Assembly (NCBI GenBank): GCA_964645485.1
Contig: CAZXZO010000001.1
Location: 18,203-82,202, forward strand
Direction of reading: 5' to 3'
Length of the DNA: 64,000 bases
From: an uncultured Candidatus Poseidoniales archaeon
GTDB taxonomy: Archaea > Thermoplasmatota > Poseidoniia > Poseidoniales > Thalassarchaeaceae
In this document: piece after piece, positions 46,679-56,043 of the stretch
Numbering within the stretch: position 1 is the first letter of the stretch
Layout: every line of letters starts with the position of its first letter
The notes under the pieces: model-generated
Databases searched by the model: none
Told to the model about the DNA's origin: nothing
The model's input: only the letters and a program-made list of their open reading frames with translations
Translations under genes and position numbers: made by a program

Positions 46679-47146
46679 ATGGTTCAAGATTCAACACCCG
46701 ATGAGGACATAATTGAGATGGTTCAAGATTCTCCACCCGATGAAGGCATCATTGCAGAAGTGAAATCACTTTGGAAATTCATCGGACTAGGAGCCGTTAC
46801 CGCCTCTATGTGTTGTCTACCCAGCATTGTCTGGGTTCTTTTTGCTGGTTCATCAGCAATTGTAGCAGCAGACCAATTATCGAATGATTTGTACTATGGT
46901 ATTGCTCGTCCAATTGTTTACACTCTTGCAATCGGTATGGTGACTGCCGGGTTAGTAATTCATTTCCGAAGTCGTGGAATCTGTACTCTTGACCAAGCAA
47001 AGAAGGACAGGAGACGAATAATCAATACGGCTTTGGCAGTATTAACTATCACTTTCATCGTTTATTTTATTTGGAACTTTATTATTCTAGAATTGGTTGG
47101 TCTTTATCTCGGATTACCATGGGAAGATTCAGCCATCTGGAGATGA
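46679..47146 (+). CDS. MerT/MerF-like small membrane protein with a CC motif
   Basis: TASMCCLPSIV in TM1, three TM helices; 39-bp duplicated N-terminus; GGAGG before the ATG. Confidence 0.55.
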   Translation: MVQDSTPDEDIIEMVQDSPPDEGIIAEVKSLWKFIGLGAVTASMCCLPSIVWVLFAGSSAIVAADQLSNDLYYGIARPIVYTLAIGMVTAGLVIHFRSRGICTLDQAKKDRRRIINTALAVLTITFIVYFIWNFIILELVGLYLGLPWEDSAIWR

Positions 47147-47163
47147 TTGGTTGTTAACAAATC

Positions 47164-47793
47164 TCATTTATTGTTCGTGAGAAGAATAAGTGAATCACCA
47201 GAATGAACCTCAATATGGAGGGTGCCTTTGGATTGATTGGAAAGTCCCTTAGTTGAAAAGGTCACATTTTCATTTTCTAGATTCCATTCTGCGCCAGTCA
47301 AGGTGACGACAGATTGACCAAAACTGAACAGTGAAAATGTGCCAGAAAAATTTCGTTCATGATTTTGGTTTGCGCTAATTCTAGTCAATGTTGTATCCCC
47401 AAGAATTGCTTGGATATTCAGGTTGGCTGGAGCATCAGAAATAGAAGCAAGACTACCAAGTTGGTGGTCAATTCTTCCACCATCTATTCCAGAGATTTGA
47501 ATTTGGTGAAATTGCCGCTCAGTGCAGAGGTTAAGTGCCTTAGAAAGGTCACTTGAATCCTGTTCTTCTATGCGTATTATTTCAGCCCCAATTTCACGCC
47601 CCCAAACGATGTCAGATTCAGTTGCCGAATCTAGGTCACCAACAATGATATCAGGCACTATATTCAAGCGTCTCAAATGCCGGACACCGCCGTCAACAGC
47701 AATCACTATTGAGGCCAAATCACAGGCTGTTGTTAATGTGGAATCCTCGCCAACTTCGCCTGCCGCTACCAGCAGAGTTACATCTTGTTCCAC
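47164..47793 (-). CDS. thiN: Thiamine diphosphokinase (bacterial ThiN/eukaryotic TPK type)
   Basis: AVDGGVRHL, PDIIVGDLDS, QDSSDLSKAL, GGRIDHQL, KGLSN. Confidence 0.93.
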   Translation of the reverse strand: MEQDVTLLVAAGEVGEDSTLTTACDLASIVIAVDGGVRHLRRLNIVPDIIVGDLDSATESDIVWGREIGAEIIRIEEQDSSDLSKALNLCTERQFHQIQISGIDGGRIDHQLGSLASISDAPANLNIQAILGDTTLTRISANQNHERNFSGTFSLFSFGQSVVTLTGAEWNLENENVTFSTKGLSNQSKGTLHIEVHSGDSLILLTNNK

Positions 47794-47891
47794 GATTGTC
47801 CTAGTGGCTGCTAACTTATTCGTTTTACTAGTCTAATGGATTCCACATTCATTGACTACCCTTTTACAGGAACGATGTTTCCATCGGCCCC

Positions 47892-50800
47892 ATGGGGGCC
47901 GAACGAGTAGCAAGCAGAGAGTTGTTGCTTCCTTCAGCATTGATAATTTTGATGTTACTTTCAGTAATGACTCCAATCGTTTCTTTCTCTCCTAATGATG
48001 AAACTCTAGATGAAAACCAAGTGATTGCACCTAGCACTTCATTTTCTAATGGCAGTGGCGAGCAATTTGCTGGTAATACTTTGATTATCAATGCCACAGA
48101 TTGGGTGGTTGACTCAACACGAGGGATGGATGTTTGGCAAACCACTGCCTTAAACACCTCACTTACATTTGATGAAATAAAGCTCTCAAGAGATGATAGG
48201 GGCAGGGCTAGAGGATGTTTACATCAGGACACTGGGGGTGTTTGGATTGCTACTCTCGAATTTGGGGGCGCCACGACACTTACTCAAATTGAGGCTGGAG
48301 ATGAAGAACTTGGTAAAAAATGTTCAATCATTCTCGATGAGCGTGAACTGATCCATATTGCTTATACAAATGAGTCCGGATTCCTTAGGGTTGCATATCA
48401 AAGAGCGAGTGGATTATGGAACATGAGGACAATTGAAAATGAAACCCAAGTCGCAAAAATTACCCTACTTCTTGATTCAGAAGGTGCTGAAAATGTGCTC
48501 TGGCTAGATTCCAATAACGGGCTTCATTTGTCATCATACAGTACATGGTGGACTCATCAAGACTTGTTAGTGGGGGCGAGGGTTGGCAACAATTACGAGG
48601 CTTTCATTGACTCAGATGATTCACTGCATATTTTCTATAAAAATCTCGACACAACCCAAATGATTCATGGGATACTAGCCCAAGACGGAAACTGGACTTT
48701 GACATCTCTCACTGCTGGACAAGACCTAGGACCTGCGATGTCCTTTGCCAAGGACCCTTCAACCGGAAATATCCAATATGTGTACGGTTCTTCTAATTCT
48801 TCTGAGTTAACCATTGTACGAGATTTAACCGGTCAAGAGAACGGTCGCCTTTCACCAACAATTGATACTTTGACCACAGGCTCAGTGAGTGATGAATATG
48901 CAACTCAAGCCATCAATGACCTTGACTTCGATTGTGACGGTACTGATGATTTGATTGTCAGCCGACCGGCTGCAAATTCTGAAACCGGCGCAGTCGACAT
49001 CTTTTGGGGCTCTGGCATGGGGATTTCAACTAACCCAGATTACAATCTTACAGGAGCAGCCGGAGGCGATAGGTTTGGTTCAGCCATAGCAAACGCAGGC
49101 GATGTAAATGGCGATGGCTGTTCTGACCTGCTGGTTGGGGCTATTGGTGCAACAAACAGTTTTGGATTTGCAACAGGAGCATCTTACATCTTCTATGGAG
49201 GTAATCGTAATTATACATCCGCAAACTGGTCAGACACAGGTGAAGGTGGCGGAGATAAATTCGGTGGAAATGTCGTATCTGCTGGCGATATCAATAACGA
49301 TAGTTACGCAGATATTCTAATTGCTGCTACTGGTTTCACTCAACAGGGAGGTGAAGGCAAAGTCTACCTTTATTTGGGCTCACCAACCGGACCTGGCACA
49401 GACCACGATTGGTATACTCGTGGTTATTGGTCGAATGTAATTCAAGGTTGGTCAATGGCTGGAATTGGAGACATCAATGGTGATGGTTTTGATGATATTG
49501 CCTTAGGTGCAGCCGGCTCGTTTTCAGACCTAACTGGCAACGGTAGAGTAGAAGTCTACACAGGCTCACAGGCCGGAACCATGACAATAGACAATTACTG
49601 GACCACTACAACAACCAATACATTGCTAGGTTACTCTGTTGTTGGTATTGGGGATGTTGATCAAGATGGGTTTGATGACTTTGCCTATGGTGAGCCATTG
49701 TATGACAATTTGGCACTAGGTAAGGTGACAATTCTCCGTGGCTCTGCAAATGGACTTCCTGACAACCCTGCCTTGGAATTGATTGGTACAGAATCAAGTC
49801 AAGCACTTGGAAGCGCGCTGGCAACGATTGGTGATATTAATGACGACGGTCTTTCAGAAATTGCCATTTCTTCAATAGGGATTAACAGCGTTGGAGCAGG
49901 GAAGGTCGAGTACTTCTTTGCTGACAATACTCAACTTCTTCGTCGTGGGGTAAACTCAGTTCTCGTGGAAGGGGTGAGTGGACAACACCTCGGTAGGACA
50001 ATAAACGGTGGAGGAGACATTGATGGGGATGGCAAATTTGAGATTATTGTTACATCTCTTGACAAGGACATGGCTGGCAATTCCGCAGGGGTCGTTATTC
50101 AAATTGAAAAGCGAAATAGTGAATATTCTGATCTTCAGATTGGGGGTGGCGCGCAAATTGATGGTGTTGACCTAAATTTGGATGATTCTGGTAGGTTCCA
50201 CTTATTTTTGAAATCAGCAGTCATGAATCAATCCCTCCACCTTGAACGGCCAAATGCTGTCACAAATGCTGCTGATGAATGGGAACAAAGTTCCTTTTCA
50301 CTAAATGCATCAATGGTGGTCACTCGGTCTGGAAAAACGATTGTACTCGATGAAAACAATAATTTCGTTGAGCAAGCAGGTCACACAATTCTGACAACCC
50401 AGCATCCTCTTGCGACTCACAATCGGATGGACATTGATTTGGTAATTAATGATGAGCAGAGTTTAATTTTCACCACATCTTACCAAAATGCCACAGTCTC
50501 AGATGTTGAGTTAAGGGCAGAAACTGATTCTGGTTTCTTGACTTCTACTGTTGTAGCAAATAGTTCACTTGGCGCTGGAATATCAACTGCATTCGCTCTC
50601 ACTCATCAATCGCCAAGTATTGATGATAGTTGGAACATCATCGGTTCAAATTCAAATGGTTCCGAACAATATGGGGATAGTTCGGGTTGTCAACTTGATA
50701 ATGGAACAGGTGTTCTAGTTAGTTCAGTTACAACTTCAAACCAGACTATACTCAGTTACATTGAGGAAAATGGCAACGTTTCAACACTCTCAATTTGGGG

Positions 50801-53800
50801 ATACCAAAGTGAAAATGATGTTGCTTGTAGAACTGACGGAACCGTACAAGTTGCACTCGTAAATAGTTCGGGAATGGCAGAAGTGTTGTCAATAAATGGC
50901 ACCAACATCACATCATTGATGACTACAACATTAACTCCCACTATCGGTATGAATTCCCATATATTGAATCAAAACACAGTCTTGTTTACCGAACAAACTC
51001 AGACATTTGATGCAAAACTATGTACCGTGAGTACAGCCAATTGTGTGCCGTTGTTAATTGGTTATTTTTCAAGCGATTTGTTTAGTGCTGGAAGTACCGG
51101 AGAAGGAATTCCTTGGATAGCCTATGATGGTGGCCCGGGAGTGGAGAGAATGACATTAGCAATAATTCATGGTTCAATGGTTGAACCCGTGTACACCGCC
51201 ACAGCACCAGGTGATATTTGCGGTGTTGATATGGAAACAGATGCTGCAGGTGTAATCAGAGTAGTTGCGTGTCATTTCGATTTGAACTCAAACAATCGTC
51301 TGACGAGTTACCGGATTTATGGGGATTGGGACCGAGATTTCGTACCGTCACCTTGGGACGATGTTCCATTTGTCGGTGGCCAATGGAATGATGCTGATGC
51401 GGATGGATATGGAGATAACCCAGGTGGGCCAACGCCTGACAGGTGCATTAACAGTGGAACTGATTTACTTGATAGAGGAAGTCGATGGGGATACTTTGGT
51501 TGTAGTGACCAAGACCTAGATGGCTGGGCAGACGCAGTTGATATTTGCCAGAATACGAGAGGCAACTCATGGGTTGACAGAAAAGGCTGTGAAGATTCTG
51601 ATGGAGATGGTTGGAGCACAGATTCTGACCAAAACCCAGTCAATTGGCATCAACAAAGAGATACAGATGGCGATGGCCATTATGATAACCATGGTCCAGA
51701 TTGTTGTGGCGGTTCTTCAACCGATATTTACCCATTGAATGGGAACCAGTGGGAAGATTTGGATAATGATGGTTGGGGAGATAATCATAATTTCCAATAT
51801 GCCAACGAATCTCTGCGATTATTCAACGGTCATGATGTTGATGGTGATGGCACTCCTGACTGGTTCAACATTGATTGGACAGGCGACCAGTGCCCCGGAT
51901 TCCAGGGATTTTCAGCGCATGACCGCGGAGGATGTTTAGATACGGACGGAGATGGTTGGTCAGACCCTCACGTTGCTCAAAACGCTCAAGAAAGTACATG
52001 GATTTACAATCGGAGCCAATGTAACGCGATAGATTCTGATGGCCGAAATGGATGCGCTGATAATTGGCCAGGAGGAAATGGCAATTCAGGTGAAGACTGT
52101 GGCAGTCTTGCAAATTGTTCTCAACAATGGCATGACAAAGATGGTGATGGATATGGAGATAATTCAACACCGCTCTCTTGGAGGCAAGATGCTTTCAACG
52201 AAGATCCAAGTCAATGGAACGATACTGACTTGGATGGTTTTGGTGATAATCCAACAGGTACTACACCGGACTCTTGCCCGGTCGATTTTGGTAATTCTAC
52301 CGTTGATAGGTTTGGGTGTCTAGATGACGACGGTGATGGGTGGTCAAACCCCGACTCTACTGAAAGTGCACATCCTACAGGTAACGCCGATTCAAATAGT
52401 TCTAATGCTGATCAGTGGAGAGATTCCGATGGAGATGGATTCGGGGATTTCACAAATCGCACAAATGGTGACTTCTGCCCGCAACAATTTGGGTATGCAA
52501 ATGGGGAAGGTGGACGCGGATGTCCTCTTCCGGCAGAGGATGCTGATGGAGATGGAATTATTGATGAAGACGATGTTTGTGGCAACACGACATTTGGTGA
52601 AGTCGTTGATACATCAGGACAGTGGGTAGGTTGCTCTGAAAATCAAAAGGATGACGATGGAGATAATGTTTCAAATTCACTAGACCGATGTGCTAATACA
52701 ACGGCGCTTGCAGAGGTTGATGAAAACGGTTGTAGTCAGGACCAATTGACACTCGATACAGATGCTGATGGTGTTCCTGATATTGCAGATGAATGTCCAA
52801 ATACAGACACGCTTCAAATCGATGAGTATTTTGACAATTTAACAGGATGCGCCACATATCAATTGGATGAGGATAATGATGGTGTTTCCAATGCATTGGA
52901 TGAATGCCCTGGCACTACCGATGGTGCGGAAGTAGATGAAGTCGGTTGTCCACGTAATGACGTCGATTCTGATGGTGACGGTTTCTTCGATGATGTAGAT
53001 ATGTTTCCTCTTGAGTCTACCCAGTGGGGAGATTTGGATCTGGATGGATTTGGTAACGAAATAGACGGTTTCCAAGGTGATAGTTGTACAAATGTTGCCG
53101 GTAATTCAACAGGTTCCCCAAACGGTGACCGGTGGGGTTGCCCAGATACAGATGGTGATGGTTGGTCTGACCCTGGAGCGGGATGGGATGTTGAGGATGG
53201 GGCTGATGCTTTCATCAATGACCCAACTCAATGGAAAGACAATGATGGCGATGGATTTGGAGACAATCTTACAGGCTTTGAAGGCGATGAATGCCCCATT
53301 ACACCGGGAGTTATTGATGGCGTTCTAGGAGTAGGATGTCCAGCGGCAACGGGTGTTGATGGCAACGCAGTAGATGAATGCTCAAAATGGGAGGATTTTT
53401 ACAATCCAACTTTAAGTCCCGGAATGATAGTTCCAGAGGAATATCAATCGTGTGAATGGTACGATGAGTGGTATGGTTCAACCGAATCTTCTTCTTTGCC
53501 TTTGAAGATGATTGGCATTGGTGTTGGAGCATTAATTGCTCTTGTGGTGTTGTCTTTGGTTGTCGTCAGAATAATTCGTGGAGGAGATGATTGGGATGAT
53601 GATGAGGATGATATGTATGATGATTTTGAAGAGGATGACGATGACGATATATTCGCTTCAAGGTCTGGCGGAGGATGGAGAGCACCCGCAGCAAGACAGG
53701 ACTTTTCAGGTCTAGGCGATAATCAACCTAGTAGAGGTGGCCCGGCTGGTCGGGCAGGCCCTCCAAGTCGTGGTGCTGGTGGACCAACACCGAGTCCTAG

Positions 53801-54308
53801 AGCCGGTGGACCGAGTCGCCAAGGCGGCTCAAGTAGCCCGCCGGGTCGTTCCCCGGGTCCCCCGGGCCGTGCCGGACCTCCGAGTCGTGCTGGCCCTCCG
53901 AGTCGTACAGGCCCTCCCGGTCGTGCAAGCCCTGCTCCTAAAGCGAAGAAGACTCGGCGAACAGTAAGCTCAGATTCTGCGCCACCTGCAGATGCACCTT
54001 CTCGTAAAGTCCGCAAAGTTTCAGGTGCACCAAAACCTGAAAATGTCAAGACAAGGTCTACCAAAAAGAACCGTAGTGAGCCAAAGGTTGAAGCCCAACA
54101 AAGGCCAAAGAAAAAGCCCAAGGCACCCAGCAAATGGGAGGACCTTTTCACCCCGAGAGATTCAGCCAATTTCGAGAAGTCACTCGGTGATGCTCGTGAC
54201 TCCATCGCTGCAGGAGAATCCGAAAGAAACATTCTGCGTGGATTGCAAACAAATGGTTGGAATGCCAAACAATCTCGATACATAATCAATGAAGCGGGCT
54301 TAAATTGA
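47892..54308 (+). CDS. Giant single-pass protein with FG-GAP propeller, TSP3-like repeats, TM and low-complexity cytoplasmic tail
   Basis: Seven FG-GAP/DxNxDG blades at about 48900-50100; DxDGDG/Cys repeats at about 51330-53350; TM at about 53510-53580; G/P/R/S-rich tail. Confidence 0.9.
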   Translation: MGAERVASRELLLPSALIILMLLSVMTPIVSFSPNDETLDENQVIAPSTSFSNGSGEQFAGNTLIINATDWVVDSTRGMDVWQTTALNTSLTFDEIKLSRDDRGRARGCLHQDTGGVWIATLEFGGATTLTQIEAGDEELGKKCSIILDERELIHIAYTNESGFLRVAYQRASGLWNMRTIENETQVAKITLLLDSEGAENVLWLDSNNGLHLSSYSTWWTHQDLLVGARVGNNYEAFIDSDDSLHIFYKNLDTTQMIHGILAQDGNWTLTSLTAGQDLGPAMSFAKDPSTGNIQYVYGSSNSSELTIVRDLTGQENGRLSPTIDTLTTGSVSDEYATQAINDLDFDCDGTDDLIVSRPAANSETGAVDIFWGSGMGISTNPDYNLTGAAGGDRFGSAIANAGDVNGDGCSDLLVGAIGATNSFGFATGASYIFYGGNRNYTSANWSDTGEGGGDKFGGNVVSAGDINNDSYADILIAATGFTQQGGEGKVYLYLGSPTGPGTDHDWYTRGYWSNVIQGWSMAGIGDINGDGFDDIALGAAGSFSDLTGNGRVEVYTGSQAGTMTIDNYWTTTTTNTLLGYSVVGIGDVDQDGFDDFAYGEPLYDNLALGKVTILRGSANGLPDNPALELIGTESSQALGSALATIGDINDDGLSEIAISSIGINSVGAGKVEYFFADNTQLLRRGVNSVLVEGVSGQHLGRTINGGGDIDGDGKFEIIVTSLDKDMAGNSAGVVIQIEKRNSEYSDLQIGGGAQIDGVDLNLDDSGRFHLFLKSAVMNQSLHLERPNAVTNAADEWEQSSFSLNASMVVTRSGKTIVLDENNNFVEQAGHTILTTQHPLATHNRMDIDLVINDEQSLIFTTSYQNATVSDVELRAETDSGFLTSTVVANSSLGAGISTAFALTHQSPSIDDSWNIIGSNSNGSEQYGDSSGCQLDNGTGVLVSSVTTSNQTILSYIEENGNVSTLSIWGYQSENDVACRTDGTVQVALVNSSGMAEVLSINGTNITSLMTTTLTPTIGMNSHILNQNTVLFTEQTQTFDAKLCTVSTANCVPLLIGYFSSDLFSAGSTGEGIPWIAYDGGPGVERMTLAIIHGSMVEPVYTATAPGDICGVDMETDAAGVIRVVACHFDLNSNNRLTSYRIYGDWDRDFVPSPWDDVPFVGGQWNDADADGYGDNPGGPTPDRCINSGTDLLDRGSRWGYFGCSDQDLDGWADAVDICQNTRGNSWVDRKGCEDSDGDGWSTDSDQNPVNWHQQRDTDGDGHYDNHGPDCCGGSSTDIYPLNGNQWEDLDNDGWGDNHNFQYANESLRLFNGHDVDGDGTPDWFNIDWTGDQCPGFQGFSAHDRGGCLDTDGDGWSDPHVAQNAQESTWIYNRSQCNAIDSDGRNGCADNWPGGNGNSGEDCGSLANCSQQWHDKDGDGYGDNSTPLSWRQDAFNEDPSQWNDTDLDGFGDNPTGTTPDSCPVDFGNSTVDRFGCLDDDGDGWSNPDSTESAHPTGNADSNSSNADQWRDSDGDGFGDFTNRTNGDFCPQQFGYANGEGGRGCPLPAEDADGDGIIDEDDVCGNTTFGEVVDTSGQWVGCSENQKDDDGDNVSNSLDRCANTTALAEVDENGCSQDQLTLDTDADGVPDIADECPNTDTLQIDEYFDNLTGCATYQLDEDNDGVSNALDECPGTTDGAEVDEVGCPRNDVDSDGDGFFDDVDMFPLESTQWGDLDLDGFGNEIDGFQGDSCTNVAGNSTGSPNGDRWGCPDTDGDGWSDPGAGWDVEDGADAFINDPTQWKDNDGDGFGDNLTGFEGDECPITPGVIDGVLGVGCPAATGVDGNAVDECSKWEDFYNPTLSPGMIVPEEYQSCEWYDEWYGSTESSSLPLKMIGIGVGALIALVVLSLVVVRIIRGGDDWDDDEDDMYDDFEEDDDDDIFASRSGGGWRAPAARQDFSGLGDNQPSRGGPAGRAGPPSRGAGGPTPSPRAGGPSRQGGSSSPPGRSPGPPGRAGPPSRAGPPSRTGPPGRASPAPKAKKTRRTVSSDSAPPADAPSRKVRKVSGAPKPENVKTRSTKKNRSEPKVEAQQRPKKKPKAPSKWEDLFTPRDSANFEKSLGDARDSIAAGESERNILRGLQTNGWNAKQSRYIINEAGLN

Positions 54309-54410
54309 AAGAATCAATCAAGCAATTTGGAATCAATCTCAAAGTAATTGGATTTCCATATACATGGGTCAATTCTCAGTTTATTTCAATTGCTTTTCTA
54401 GCAATTATTT

Positions 54411-54477
54411 CGGCGGAGACTTCATGGTAGATGGTTGGTGGGAGCGGTGCGTAGCACCGCACAACCTTCACCGCGAA
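54411..54477 (+). other. Long imperfect stem-loop in the 5' region of 54494..56035
   Basis: Core GCGGTGC-GTA-GCACCGC (54444-54460), extended by GGTTG/CAACC and TTCG(G)CGG/CCGCGAA. Confidence 0.4.
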
Positions 54478-54493
54478 CAGGAGAGAATTACGA

Positions 54494-56035
54494 ATGAATA
54501 CACCAAGTGGGACTGAGGTTGAAGGAGCCTCAATGCCTCAAGGGATTGCGGTTGATGAGGCGGCTGCATACTTCGGTGTAACTGATTCAGCTGACATTAT
54601 CATGCATCTGAATCAAACCGACCAAATAACTGGAATGGGAGAGTTTTTCTCCATCGCGATTGATTTGGTTCTGCAACCCGAATTTGGTTTTGAAGAGGCC
54701 GCACAAAGACTTGGATGTGAGGGTGGTGAAATCTATTATCTTTTGACAGGACCTTTTGGTTTAGTCTCTCTAAGCGACCCACTACGAGTTTACCTTGGTG
54801 GCGAGGATTCAGAAGGAAATGTCGGAGTCCATCCAGGCTTTCCAGAAAATGAGATGAATGCGCTTGAATCATTAACAGATATCTTCTCTCTTCTCAAAAT
54901 GTTTGGGCTCGGTCATTTAATCGGTGGATTACCCCTACTGAGTCATTATGTCTCAAAATATGCAGAGTTGGTAGCGGCATCTGACATGAATAAAATAGCG
55001 TTATTACAATTAAGTCAGGAACTGCATGTTGTGATTGAACAGACAAAGTCTGGCTCCGTAAGTCCGATTTCATGTTTAGGGGCACCTACACATGCTTCTC
55101 AGCCTGCACCCGCTCCGTCTACAGCGCCTGCACCTGCTCCGGTTCAATCACCAGCGCCTTCACCCGCTCCTGTTTCAGCGCCTTCACCTACACCGGTTCA
55201 ATCACCAGCGCCTGCACCCGCCCCTGTTTCAGCGCCTTCACCCGCTCCTGTTTCAGCGCCTGCACCTGCTCCGATTCAATCACCAGCGCCTGCACCCGCC
55301 CCTGTTTCAGCGCCTGCACCAGCGCCTTCACCCGCCCCGGTTCAATCACCAGCACCTGCACCTGCCCCGGCACCTGCAGCGGCTCCGGTTGCATCCCCTG
55401 CAATCACTTCTCCCCAGCCTGTGAATGTAGTTCCTAAAGAGCCGGCTGAGCAACCCCCAGTTGAATCTACAATGATTGAACAAGCACCACCTGCTACAAC
55501 AGAATCTATTCAACCAACACCTGAACAGCAGGTGGCTACTTCTGATGCATTCGCATCACAATTTTCTGCTGCAGCAGATATTGATGCCTCGGTCACACCT
55601 GTTGAAGCAGAACCGGTTTCTGAGGCTCCCCCAACAGTCAGTCAATCTCCGCCAATTGGCCAGAAACCTCAACCCTTTGTCGAACCACAAGTTGAAGCAC
55701 CTGCACCAAAAGAAACAGTACAACAAACTCCTCAAGCCGTTGCCCCAAAACGAGCGCCAATAGTGGCGAGTGCTCCTCCAACACCTACAACTGGATGGCC
55801 AACTCAAGAACCACCACAGATGCCAGAAACAGGTTGGCCGGCGGGCGCTTCTAGTCCTCCTGAAAAATCAGCACTTGATTCGGTTTCAGATTTAGTGAGT
55901 GGCGGTCCACATGCCCCCCAAGCACCTGTGCAATCTGTTCACCACAACATTCAGTCGGGCAAGAATTGCTCTCGTTGTGGAATTGGGGTAGAACAAAGTT
56001 GGCAGTATTGCCCGATTTGTAATTGCAATCTTTGA
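54494..56035 (+). CDS. Protein with Pro/Ala/Ser repeat linker and C-terminal zinc ribbon
   Basis: (P/S)APAPV(Q/S) 8-aa repeats at about 55100-55390; CSRCG...CPIC at the end. Confidence 0.8.
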   Translation: MNTPSGTEVEGASMPQGIAVDEAAAYFGVTDSADIIMHLNQTDQITGMGEFFSIAIDLVLQPEFGFEEAAQRLGCEGGEIYYLLTGPFGLVSLSDPLRVYLGGEDSEGNVGVHPGFPENEMNALESLTDIFSLLKMFGLGHLIGGLPLLSHYVSKYAELVAASDMNKIALLQLSQELHVVIEQTKSGSVSPISCLGAPTHASQPAPAPSTAPAPAPVQSPAPSPAPVSAPSPTPVQSPAPAPAPVSAPSPAPVSAPAPAPIQSPAPAPAPVSAPAPAPSPAPVQSPAPAPAPAPAAAPVASPAITSPQPVNVVPKEPAEQPPVESTMIEQAPPATTESIQPTPEQQVATSDAFASQFSAAADIDASVTPVEAEPVSEAPPTVSQSPPIGQKPQPFVEPQVEAPAPKETVQQTPQAVAPKRAPIVASAPPTPTTGWPTQEPPQMPETGWPAGASSPPEKSALDSVSDLVSGGPHAPQAPVQSVHHNIQSGKNCSRCGIGVEQSWQYCPICNCNL

Positions 56036-56043
56036 ACATTTGT

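Noticed and set aside
53723-54289. 188-aa minus-strand Gly/Pro-rich ORF
   Set aside because: Antisense shadow of the low-complexity tail of 47892..54308
54284-54340. Echo of the giant gene's 3' end (AATCAATGAAGC / AATCAATCAAGC)
   Set aside because: Only 12 bp, excludes the stop codon and lies in AT-rich DNA; could be chance
55072-55437. Cys/Thr-rich and His/Leu-rich repetitive ORFs in alternate frames
   Set aside because: Frame-shifted readings of the 24-bp Pro/Ala/Ser repeat
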